Source: Bacillota bacterium
GTDB taxonomy: Bacteria; Bacillota; Clostridia; Oscillospirales; SIG627
NCBI GenBank assembly: GCA_029006345.1
Contig: JAQXGK010000073.1
Location: forward strand, 13,822 to 77,821
Direction: 5' to 3'
Length of the DNA stretch: 64,000 nucleotides
The notes beneath the pieces were generated by a model. That model saw nothing but the letters and a program-made list of their open reading frames with translations, ran no database searches and was not told where the DNA came from. The translations under genes and the position numbers were made by a program. Every line of letters begins with the position of its first letter. Position 1 is the first letter of the stretch. Shown in pieces: positions 56,034-64,000 of this stretch.

Positions 56034-57197
56034 TTATCCACAAAGAAACAGATTTTTTACGAGCAAAATCAGGTAATCGGAGAAGCCGAGCCTTCTTACC
56101 CCCTCGGTACAGATTATCGGCGTCTCGCTGACCGTGTCGTCGCCCGAACGGCAAACCACGCGTCCTATCTCGGCGCCCTCCTCAATCGGAGCGTACAGCT
56201 CGTCCGGAAGCTCCACCTCGCACTTCATACCGGGAAGCGCGGTCTTTTCGACCAGAATACCCTCAAAGCTCAGCTTGGGCGTCACCGTTTTTTTGTCGCC
56301 TCCCAGAACATTGAGCGATTGCGGTATTTCGGTCTCGGGACGGTACACGGCGTAATTGGCAAAACCGAAATCCAACAGCATCTTTGCCGATAAGAAACGG
56401 TTGTCGCTGGAATCCGCTCCGAGAACCACCGCGATAAGCTCCATGCCGTCGCGCTTTGCCGAAGCGCTCAGGCAGTATTTCGCCTTTGATGTAGAGCCGG
56501 TCTTGAGTCCGGTGGCACCGTTGTAAAAGCGAATCAGCTTGTTTGTGTTTGATAATCCAAACGCGCCGTTTCGTATGGTGTCCATCCAGATTGTTGTGTA
56601 GTTGCGTATTACATCGTGCTTCAGCAGCTCCCTTGAAATGACCGCCACATCGCGCGCGCTCAGCACATGACATTCATCGTCGTCAAGACCTGTCGGGTTT
56701 ACAAAGCAGATATCGGAAAGCCCGAGCTCCGCCGCCCTTGAATTCATGAGCGAAACAAAGCCCTCCTCGCTTCCCGCAATATGCTCCGCCAGAGCAACAG
56801 CACCGTCGTTACAGCTTGAAACGACCACCGCCTTGAGCATCTCATCTGCGCTTAATTGCTCGCCCGGCTCCATGTACGCCTGACTTCCTCCCATCGAAGC
56901 GGCATTGTCGCTTACTGTAACCATGTCGCTAAGGCCGAGGGTGCCGTTGTCTATCGCCTCGCAAACCAACAACAGCGTCATAACCTTTGTTACCGAAGCT
57001 ATCGGCATTTTTTCATCGGCATTCTGTTCAAACAGCACCTCTCCCGTCGATTGCTCGATGAGTATCGCTCCCTTACACAGCGGACTCAGCTTCGCCTCAA
57101 CCGCCGTCAAAACACTCCCCTGCCCGGCTTCGTCTGCTCTCGCGGTCACAGGCGCGCAAAGCGCAAGACAAACAAGAAGGGCGATTAGTTTTTTCAT
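56034..57197 (-). CDS. Serine-type D-Ala-D-Ala carboxypeptidase (S11, DacA/DacB-like)
   Basis: Signal peptide, SxxK (PIASVTKVMT), SSCNDGA and KTGST motifs. The ATG at 57197 has AAAGGAA 8 nt upstream. Confidence 0.85.
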   Translation of the reverse strand: MKKLIALLVCLALCAPVTARADEAGQGSVLTAVEAKLSPLCKGAILIEQSTGEVLFEQNADEKMPIASVTKVMTLLLVCEAIDNGTLGLSDMVTVSDNAASMGGSQAYMEPGEQLSADEMLKAVVVSSCNDGAVALAEHIAGSEEGFVSLMNSRAAELGLSDICFVNPTGLDDDECHVLSARDVAVISRELLKHDVIRNYTTIWMDTIRNGAFGLSNTNKLIRFYNGATGLKTGSTSKAKYCLSASAKRDGMELIAVVLGADSSDNRFLSAKMLLDFGFANYAVYRPETEIPQSLNVLGGDKKTVTPKLSFEGILVEKTALPGMKCEVELPDELYAPIEEGAEIGRVVCRSGDDTVSETPIICTEGVRRLGFSDYLILLVKNLFLCG

Positions 57198-57274
57198 AAT
57201 TACCATTCCTTTCGGCACATAAAAGCTTTTTTATAAATATATGCCGACACCTTCGGGGATATGATTTAACGGCT

Positions 57275-57305
57275 AACAGAAAACCGGAGCGCTTTCGCAC
57301 CCCGG
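57275..57305 (-). terminator. Rho-independent terminator of spoVG
   Basis: On the - strand, a 9-bp stem (including 2 G-U pairs) CCGGGGTGC / GCGCTCCGG with a GAAA loop, followed by TTTTCTGTT. Confidence 0.6.
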
Positions 57306-57402
57306 CCTTCTGCCATGAAAAAATTATCTTAAATTCTCGCCCTTTGCCGACGCAAAAAAGCATTGCAAAGCATTTTACATTAGTTTATAATGGTTATATG
57401 CT

Positions 57403-57690
57403 TTATAGCGTTTCCTCGATAGCGACCTTTTGAGCCGCGAGTGCGTCAAAATATGCGTCAAGCACGGTCTTTTCTATCTCCTCGCGGAAATCCGCATTTA
57501 TCGGATGTGCAATATCGCGGAAGGTTCCGTCGGATTTTTTCCGCGAAGGCATTACAATAAAATATTTATCGCCGGCATATATTACCTTGATATCATGTAC
57601 GGCAAACTGATCGTCAAAGGTCACGGAAACGACGGCGCGCATCGGACCTTCCTCGAATGTTTTTCTGATTTTTACATCGGTGATTTGCAT
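57403..57690 (-). CDS. spoVG: Septation/sporulation regulator SpoVG
   Basis: MQITDVKIRK...RAVVSVTFDDQFAVHDIKVI...FIVMPSRK is near-canonical SpoVG. The ATG at 57690 with AAAGGAAAA SD is used; the ORF-track N-terminal extension was rejected. Confidence 0.9.
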   Translation of the reverse strand: MQITDVKIRKTFEEGPMRAVVSVTFDDQFAVHDIKVIYAGDKYFIVMPSRKKSDGTFRDIAHPINADFREEIEKTVLDAYFDALAAQKVAIEETL

Positions 57691-57786
57691 TTCATTTTTC
57701 CTTTCTTCGAATAAACTGCGGTTGTTTATCTCTCTCGGTGCTTTGATTTTAGCGGACCAATGTGACGGCATTGTGTTCAAATGTAG

Positions 57787-59151
57787 GTGATTTTATTGAA
57801 TATAGCGAAAAACAAAAGAATACTGTTTTTGGGTATCGGCGGTATAAGTATGTCCGCTCTCGCAGAAATTATGCTCGACCGCGGCTATACCGTCTCGGGC
57901 TATGACCTGCACAAAAGCGAACTCTGCGACCGGCTGAATTCCCTCGGAATACCGATTTATTACGAGTTTGACGAAAATATGTATAAAGACATCGACCTCG
58001 TGGTCTGCACAAACGCGATTCACGGGGACGATATCATACGGAAATATCCGGAACAGCACGGCATCGAGTGCGTCTCTCGCGGCGAATTCTTAGGCGAGCT
58101 TATGAAGCTCTCGAAAAACCGCATCGGCATCGCCGGCACCCACGGCAAATCCACTACCACCGGAATGATCTCGGAAATCTTTCTGACTGCCCGCCGTGAC
58201 CCTACCATTCTGGTCGGCGCGGTGTTGCCGGAGATAGATTCCACCTTCCGTATCGGAGGCGGAGATGACTTTATTTTCGAGTCCTGCGAATATATGGACT
58301 CGTTTCTCTCCTTCTTCCCGACTGTCTCGGTGGTTCTGAATGTTGAGCATGACCATGTGGACTATTTCCCCACCGTCGACGATGTAATAGCGAGCTTTCA
58401 CCGCTATATCTGCATACCGGGCAAGGACGGCTATGCCGTCGTAAATGCCGACAGCGAGCACGCAATGAAGGCGCTTGAGAACTGCGACGTACACGCAGTC
58501 ACATATTCCGCGCTCGGCGCAGACGCCGAGATAACTGCAGCAAATATATCCGTCAGCGGCGGCTTTCCCGAATTTGACGTATATGTTAAGGGCGAGTTCT
58601 TCACTCACATAAGGCTGTCTGTTCCGGGAAGATTCAATGTCGGCAACGCGCTTGCGGCTATCGCCGTCGGCAGGATATACTCCATTGAGCCGGATGTTAT
58701 CAGAGACGGAATAGCGCGCTACAAGGGCGTAAAGCGCAGATTTGAGATTCGCGGCAGGCTCGGCGACGCAACCGTGGTTGACGACTACGCTCACCATCCC
58801 GATGAGATAAAGGCGACCATGTCCAGCGCGCTCGACTCCGGTATCCGCCCGATAACGGTAGTGTTCCAGTCTCATACCTTCACCCGTACTAAGGCCCTTT
58901 TCTCCGAATTCTGCACCGCCTTCACAGGGGCGGACGAGGTAGTGTTCGCAGATATTTATCCCGCCCGCGAACAGCCTATAGAGGGCGTGACGGCAGAGGC
59001 TCTTGCCAAAGCAACGCCAAACGGAAAGTATGTCGGCAGCTTTGATGACATAGCGGATTATCTCAAGCGCAATGTACGAGAGGGAATGATAATTGTCATG
59101 GGTGCGGGCGACGTCATAGAAATTACCGACAAGCTACTGGAGGATAAATGA
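57787..59151 (+). CDS. murC: UDP-N-acetylmuramate--L-alanine ligase
   Basis: FLGIGGISMSALA and GIAGTHGKSTTT (P-loop), with a Mur ligase central and C-terminal pattern (DDYAHHP). The start is GTG 57787 or in-frame TTG 57796, the latter 5 nt after AGGTGA. Confidence 0.9.
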   Translation: MILLNIAKNKRILFLGIGGISMSALAEIMLDRGYTVSGYDLHKSELCDRLNSLGIPIYYEFDENMYKDIDLVVCTNAIHGDDIIRKYPEQHGIECVSRGEFLGELMKLSKNRIGIAGTHGKSTTTGMISEIFLTARRDPTILVGAVLPEIDSTFRIGGGDDFIFESCEYMDSFLSFFPTVSVVLNVEHDHVDYFPTVDDVIASFHRYICIPGKDGYAVVNADSEHAMKALENCDVHAVTYSALGADAEITAANISVSGGFPEFDVYVKGEFFTHIRLSVPGRFNVGNALAAIAVGRIYSIEPDVIRDGIARYKGVKRRFEIRGRLGDATVVDDYAHHPDEIKATMSSALDSGIRPITVVFQSHTFTRTKALFSEFCTAFTGADEVVFADIYPAREQPIEGVTAEALAKATPNGKYVGSFDDIADYLKRNVREGMIIVMGAGDVIEITDKLLEDK

Positions 59152-59888
59152 GCACAGCGGAGAAAATTACGGTTTTTGCGATACTCGGTGTCTGTCTTAT
59201 CATACTTGTCGTCATTCTTTTTGACCGTATAAAAACACGCAAAAAGAGCGAAGAGGTCCGGCACTACGGCGACAACGCCGAAAAGCTTGTCAGAAGCTAC
59301 ATAGCCGAGGCTTTCCCCGGCGCGGTGCTTATGAACAATATCTATCTGAAAACCGGGTACGGCCTGACTCAGCTCGACCATATTCTCATTTGCCGCTGGG
59401 GCGTATATGCCATAGAGACAAAGAGCCACAACGGAAAAATCGACATCGGAGAGCAGAAGTGGGTACAGCATTACCGCGATAAAACCATTTCTTTTCACAG
59501 CCCGATAAAGCAGAATGAGATACACAAAAAAGCTCTCGCCTATGCCATCGGCAGTGACCGCAGGCTCAAGAACATCCCGGTCAACGGAATAATAGTTTTC
59601 ACTTCAAAAAATGTCTACTTCAGCCGCCGGGTCAAGGGCGTCATCCGTCTCGACGAGCTCAACGGGTATATTAAAAAGGGCGTTGCATTCCGGGAAAACT
59701 ACCGCAAAAGCAACAGGAAAAAGCAAGCCGAAATTACGGCTCAGAAGTTCCCGTCAAAAAGATTGCTGGACTCCGATACCATCGCCTCACTCGCAAAGCT
59801 CATTGAGAAAAAGAGCGTAACCGATAAGCGCCTGCAGGAACAGCACCGCAAGCGCATCCACAACTATATTTTCGAACACAAGAAATAA
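59148..59888 (+). CDS. NERD (nuclease-related domain) protein with N-terminal TM helix
   Basis: The ATG overlaps the murC stop (ATGA), with GGAGGA just upstream. The NERD core is GEKLV-like ...LTQLDHILICRWGVYAIETKSHNGKI. The C-terminal region is basic. Confidence 0.75.
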   Translation: MSTAEKITVFAILGVCLIILVVILFDRIKTRKKSEEVRHYGDNAEKLVRSYIAEAFPGAVLMNNIYLKTGYGLTQLDHILICRWGVYAIETKSHNGKIDIGEQKWVQHYRDKTISFHSPIKQNEIHKKALAYAIGSDRRLKNIPVNGIIVFTSKNVYFSRRVKGVIRLDELNGYIKKGVAFRENYRKSNRKKQAEITAQKFPSKRLLDSDTIASLAKLIEKKSVTDKRLQEQHRKRIHNYIFEHKK

Positions 59889-59915
59889 AAAAAAGCCGCA
59901 GTAGCGGCTTTTTTT
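59887..59915. terminator. Bidirectional terminator between the NERD gene and the MurD-like gene
   Basis: Stem AGCCGC (59894-99) / GCGGCT (59904-09) with loop AGTA, flanked by an A-run (59887-59894) and a T-run (59909-59915). Confidence 0.7.
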
Positions 59916-59925
59916 ATTTCTCTGT

Positions 59926-61209
59926 TCAAGTGTCAGCGAATACCAGCTCGCGGAAACGGTCTCCCCGCTCCTCAAAGTTCTTGAAATAGCCGTAGCTTGC
60001 AGAGGCAGGCGACAAAATGCACGCCTTGCCCGGGGGAGTCAGTCTGCGGGCGAGAGCAACCGCCGAATTCAAATCCTCGCAATAGTGCAGTCGCGGCAAA
60101 ACATCCCTTCTCTGCGAAAGCAGGTCGAAAATGCGCTTGCCGGATTTATACATACAAATAACGTCCTGCAGACGGCTCCCTGCGACAAAATTAATCAGCT
60201 TTCCGTACTCTATACCTCTGTCCATGCCGCCCAACAGCAGCGTCGAAGCATTTTTAATGCTCTCGACCGCGCTTATGGCGGATTCCGCCGTTGTCGAAAT
60301 CGAATCGTCGAAATAATCCACTCCGTCCACGTTTCCTATCAGCTCGAGACGGTGCCGAAGCGGCTCGAAAGAAATAAGCGACGACATAAACTGCCCGTCG
60401 GTTATCCCGAAGGTTTTTGCAACATCATATACAAAGGCGCAATTCTTCAGATTGTGCTCTCCGCGCAGCTTTACGCCGTCAAGCTCGTCAAAAGACGGGA
60501 ACGGCAGGTCGCTTCGTCTGACGATGACGGTGCGGGAAACGCGTTCTGCCCCCGTCGGTTCGACGCTTTTGTCGCAGTACAAAACATCGAGCGGATGCTG
60601 ATTGAGATATATATTCTTTTTGGCGCGCGCATACTTTTCCGCCGTGCCGTAATGATCCAGGTGATCCTCATATATGTTAAGAAGCACCGAAACGGCCGGC
60701 GAATACGCGCAGTATTCGAGCTGATGACACGAAAGCTCGACCACTGCAACAGTGTTCGGCGAGAGCTTGTCCGCAATTTCAAATACCGGGATACCGATAT
60801 TCCCCGCGAGCAGACACGGCACTCCGTTTGAGCTCAGAATGTGATACATGAGCTTGGACACGGTACTCTTGCCCTTTGTACCGGTAATGCCTATCACCTG
60901 ACGGTTATACAGACGCAGGAAAAGCTCGGTCTGCGAGGTAATATAGCAGGAATATTCGTCTCTCGGCCGCGGAAGCACGACTCCGGGACTTTTGAAAGCT
61001 ATGTCAAACTCATCAATTCGGACAAGGTACCCTTCGCCGGAAAGAATCTCCGCGTCCTCAACACCCTGTGCCGGCTTTATGTCAGCCACCGCAAGCGAGC
61101 GGTACTCTCGCTTTTCTGTCAGCAGACGGTATGTAGCCTGTCCCTCTCTGCCGAAGCCGATTATGAGCACCCGCCTGCCGCGGGTAAGTGAGCTCAGCAA
61201 TTCACGCAT
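59926..61209 (-). CDS. murD: MurD-family UDP-MurNAc-L-Ala--glutamate ligase with non-canonical amino-acid-site motif (possible MurD2-type)
   Basis: IIGFGREG Rossmann-like N-terminus, P-loop GITGTKGKST, a candidate carbamylated-Lys context ARAKKNIY, and a C-terminal SPASASYGYFKNFEERG like MurD. The usual NDSKATN motif reads DDSISTT. Confidence 0.8.
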   Translation of the reverse strand: MRELLSSLTRGRRVLIIGFGREGQATYRLLTEKREYRSLAVADIKPAQGVEDAEILSGEGYLVRIDEFDIAFKSPGVVLPRPRDEYSCYITSQTELFLRLYNRQVIGITGTKGKSTVSKLMYHILSSNGVPCLLAGNIGIPVFEIADKLSPNTVAVVELSCHQLEYCAYSPAVSVLLNIYEDHLDHYGTAEKYARAKKNIYLNQHPLDVLYCDKSVEPTGAERVSRTVIVRRSDLPFPSFDELDGVKLRGEHNLKNCAFVYDVAKTFGITDGQFMSSLISFEPLRHRLELIGNVDGVDYFDDSISTTAESAISAVESIKNASTLLLGGMDRGIEYGKLINFVAGSRLQDVICMYKSGKRIFDLLSQRRDVLPRLHYCEDLNSAVALARRLTPPGKACILSPASASYGYFKNFEERGDRFRELVFADT

Positions 61210-61236
61210 TTGTTCAGCCTTTCGGTAATTTATTAA

Positions 61237-62610
61237 TCAAAAGTTTTTCAGCTTATCCTTTATTACGCCGACAAACCTCTGCGGCACGCAGTTGTTTGTA
61301 TCAAAGGCGCGGGTAAGAGCGCCGATATCCTCAGCCTTGGGACGGTTGAGACTCTTGTAGTACCTGAGCAAAGCCGGAAGCGGCCGGTCCCCGTATCGGC
61401 GGATAAGCTCGGACAGCGCCGAATTTACCTCATCGCGGCTGCCGACGCATTCGAAGGGCTTTTCCGGCTCGATCCCGGTCAGCTTGTCAAAAATCGGCTT
61501 GAGCGCAATATCGTCAAGCATATCCCTGCCGAAAATTCTCACCGTCTCGCTTTTGTCAAGAAACGGCGACAGAATTATATATACAAAGAGACACTTCGGG
61601 CAGGCGGCGCACCAGACATTTTGCTTGCTGCCTGCGTTACAGCTGCGGAATATCGGATGGTATTCCGTAAGCCCGGCAAAAATACGCGCTATCGATATCT
61701 CGGCTATCGGCCGCAAAAGGCTGAAATAGCTCACTCCCGAATCAATATATTGCTTCTGATAAGCGATAAAGTCCCGCTCAAACTCAAGACTCTTTGAATA
61801 CTGATGGTTGATGTCCGTTCCCGCAACCGTGGATTCATTAGCGCTCGATTCGTTGGAAAGCGCCACAAAGCTTATCCCTCTGATATACGATGCTATTACG
61901 GAAGAAAACGCAACCAATGCAGAAAACGGAGTATGGCCGTTCAAAAAGCCCTGTTTGTTAAGCTCTATCATGTTGCGGTCGAGCGTCCTGTTTGCGATAA
62001 TCACCCGGTCGTCCGGTATGCGCCCTACGCGCACGGTATCAAGCGTCGCGCCGCGCGGATTGATGATATAGCAGTATCTGTCCGCTTTTCCGCGCAGAAG
62101 CTCAAGCGTCACGGCGCTGTCCTTGCCTCCGCCTATCGGTATAAGCACCTTGTCATTTTCCGTGCTCAATGCGGGGCCGCTCGGCAGACCGAGACTCTCC
62201 CCCTCCGAAACAAGCGTCATAAAGCCGTCGTCCGGCGTAATGCCGTTAGTATAGAAAAATTCCCCCAAGCCCTTTTTATACAGCTTTTTCCACCATTCTG
62301 TCTGTCGGGCGTCAAGACCTGCACAGCTTATCCTGACTGTCGGCGGGCAGGCAATCTTCCAGTAGCTGACAAGCTCCACCATGCCCAGCGAAAATGCGAG
62401 CCTTTTGAGTGTTATGTCGTTTATATCCGTTTGCTTTTCCCCGCCGCGTGCAATACTCCAGTGCGGAGTGAATTTTGCAAGACCTGTTATCGAAAACTCA
62501 AAATCCAGCTCCAATGTATCTTGAGTCAGCGACAGCTTATAACCCGAATAGACAAATTCGGGGTATTGAGCTCTGAGTGAGCAGTATAAGTCCTGATTGT
62601 GTTTATCCAT
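61237..62610 (-). CDS. PP-loop ATP-utilising protein with QueC-like Cys4 cluster, unknown function (possible MurL-like partner)
   Basis: The start was trimmed to ATG 62610 (AGGGAAGG SD). PP-loop VLIPIGGGKDSAV (residues 155-167). Cys cluster C-x9-C-x2-C-x2-C (CNAGSKQNVWCAACPKC). There is an N-terminal domain of about 150 aa of unknown type. The stop lies 27 nt before the MurD-like start. Confidence 0.6.
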   Translation of the reverse strand: MDKHNQDLYCSLRAQYPEFVYSGYKLSLTQDTLELDFEFSITGLAKFTPHWSIARGGEKQTDINDITLKRLAFSLGMVELVSYWKIACPPTVRISCAGLDARQTEWWKKLYKKGLGEFFYTNGITPDDGFMTLVSEGESLGLPSGPALSTENDKVLIPIGGGKDSAVTLELLRGKADRYCYIINPRGATLDTVRVGRIPDDRVIIANRTLDRNMIELNKQGFLNGHTPFSALVAFSSVIASYIRGISFVALSNESSANESTVAGTDINHQYSKSLEFERDFIAYQKQYIDSGVSYFSLLRPIAEISIARIFAGLTEYHPIFRSCNAGSKQNVWCAACPKCLFVYIILSPFLDKSETVRIFGRDMLDDIALKPIFDKLTGIEPEKPFECVGSRDEVNSALSELIRRYGDRPLPALLRYYKSLNRPKAEDIGALTRAFDTNNCVPQRFVGVIKDKLKNF

Positions 62611-62834
62611 GTCGGACGCCTTCCCTTGTCTCATTTGCACCTTCAAAATGCTGATAAATACCGTGGTTCTATATCTATAATATGATACAACATTCACTCA
62701 TGTTTTGTCAATTGCACCGATAGTGCGCGGCGGTTCGGTTGTCAGGAAAAATTACTCTCCCGCACTATTGAAAAAGCGGCTGATATCTGCTATAATGTAT
62801 GGACATATTATTTTCGTAAATATATTGTAAGGAG

Positions 62835-63830
62835 ATGCCCGTCCTTATCGACGGACTCATAAAGAAAATGCGAGTATCAATTCTCGGCTGCGGAAGATGG
62901 GGCAGTTACATAGCCTGGTATATCAATCATATCGGAAACGACACCTTGGTTTGGGGTATGAAGGGCGATCCGCTGATAAACCGCCTTATGTCCGAAAGAA
63001 AAAACGATATGCTGTCGTTTGACGATTCGGTCAGAATCACCGATGACCTCGACGAGGCTATGGAATACGGTGAAATGTTCATCATTTCTATCAGCTCTCA
63101 GCATCTCAGAAGCTTCTGCGGCGACCTCAAAAAGTACGATTTCGGCGACCGTCCTCTCATCCTTTGCATGAAGGGCATCGAGGAAACGACCGGCAAGCGT
63201 CTGACCGAGATAATCAACGAGTGTCTGACGGTTAAAAACCTTGCTGTATGGGTCGGCCCCGGACATCCGCAGGACTATCTTGCAGGCATTCCCAACTGCA
63301 TGGTCATCGACTCGCAATCGCGCGAGCTCAAGGAACGCCTCACCAGACAGCTTTCCAGCGAACTCATCCGCTTCTACATCGGCGAAGACCTTATCGGCAA
63401 CGAAGTGGGCGCGGCTTCAAAAAATGTCATCGGAATCGCCGCCGGTATGCTCGACGGTCTCAAGCTCTCAAGCCTCAAGGGCGCGCTCATGTCCAGGGGC
63501 ACGCGTGAGATTTCCCGGCTTATAGAAAAAATGGGAGGCAATGAGCTTTCGGCATACGGTCTCTGCCATTTGGGCGACTACGAGGCCACCGTTTTCAGTC
63601 AGCACAGCCATAACCGCAAGTACGGCGAGTCATTTGTCACCGGCGAGAAGTATTCTCTGCTTGCCGAGGGCGTAGCCACCAGTAAGGCTATGCATCTTTT
63701 GGGCGAAAAGTACTCGGTGGACCTTCCGATCTGCAACGCCGTCTACGAGATTCTCTATCTCGACAAGGACCCGAAACAGGCGCTCAACGAAATGTTCAAG
63801 CGAAGCCTGACAAGTGAATTCTACAAATAA
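62835..63830 (+). CDS. gpsA: NAD(P)H-dependent glycerol-3-phosphate dehydrogenase
   Basis: ILGCGRWGSYIA dinucleotide-binding motif, and GpsA family patterns (KGIE..T, GPGHPQD, NEVGAASKNVIGIAAG). The start is either 62835 or the in-frame ATG at 62868. Confidence 0.85.
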   Translation: MPVLIDGLIKKMRVSILGCGRWGSYIAWYINHIGNDTLVWGMKGDPLINRLMSERKNDMLSFDDSVRITDDLDEAMEYGEMFIISISSQHLRSFCGDLKKYDFGDRPLILCMKGIEETTGKRLTEIINECLTVKNLAVWVGPGHPQDYLAGIPNCMVIDSQSRELKERLTRQLSSELIRFYIGEDLIGNEVGAASKNVIGIAAGMLDGLKLSSLKGALMSRGTREISRLIEKMGGNELSAYGLCHLGDYEATVFSQHSHNRKYGESFVTGEKYSLLAEGVATSKAMHLLGEKYSVDLPICNAVYEILYLDKDPKQALNEMFKRSLTSEFYK

Positions 63831-63845
63831 TACAGTTGCTGTTTT

Positions 63846-63877
63846 GCCGGCGGATAAATCCGCCGGCATTTTATTTT
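63846..63877 (+). terminator. Rho-independent terminator of gpsA
   Basis: 9-bp stem GCCGGCGGA (63846-54) / TCCGCCGGC (63859-67) with loop TAAA, followed by ATTTTATTTT. Confidence 0.8.
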
Positions 63878-64000
63878 CTCCCGGTCATATATTTTAATCG
63901 GGGACTTTTCCGACGGCCCCGGCAGCAAAACATACCGTCATGCCGAAAGGAGTGGTCATATATTGAAAAACAAAAAAACGGAATATCCCGAAGAATCCGT

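Noticed and set aside
63963-64000. Possible start of another + strand gene (TTG at 63963, 10 nt after AAGGAG) at the window edge.
   Set aside because: Only 12 codons are visible (LKNKKTEYPEES...), which is too short to support a call.

Overview
This is a gene-dense 64-kb chromosomal segment with about 50 protein-coding genes. By eye I found no rRNA, tRNA, CRISPR array, IS element or prophage genes. The gene content includes adhE, pyruvate:ferredoxin oxidoreductase, NifS/NifU, spoVG and a possible SpoIIM-like membrane protein. There are also strong GGAGG-type Shine-Dalgarno sites and many rho-independent terminators. Together these suggest an anaerobic, spore-forming Firmicute, probably Clostridia (Oscillospiraceae/Ruminococcaceae-like), but that taxonomic call is inference only. 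Most of the window is housekeeping: Fe-S assembly and tRNA thiolation (nifS-nifU-mnmA), rnhA, a xerD-like recombinase, proC, ligA and ribF. It also holds two D-Ala-D-Ala carboxypeptidases, ldcA-pepV, PFOR, a cysK-like gene with mtnN, a copper P-type ATPase, tspO, pyk, spoVG, murC and gpsA. A GT2/aminotransferase/rfbA/rfbB sugar-nucleotide cassette and a YfhO-family membrane protein are also present. The region that does not look ordinary is 2.7-16.4 kb, a roughly 13.5-kb same-strand, tightly packed array. It encodes a 1041-aa solute-binding protein with duplicated CBM-like modules, two complete sugar-type ABC permease pairs, a secreted NHL-propeller/TPR/Yip1 membrane fusion protein and a 975-aa secreted DUF5696-like protein, followed by a GNAT and an alpha/beta hydrolase. 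It has no ATPase, regulator or recognisable glycoside hydrolase, and I regard it as the best candidate for an undescribed system. The second candidate is the pair at 59.9-62.6 kb: a MurD-family ligase with a non-canonical amino-acid-binding motif, translationally linked to a PP-loop/QueC-like ATP-utilising protein. This resembles the MurD2/MurL route to D-Glu in peptidoglycan. All functional calls rest on motif and family recognition by eye, since no database search could be run. Several ORF-track starts were revised using Shine-Dalgarno and promoter positions.
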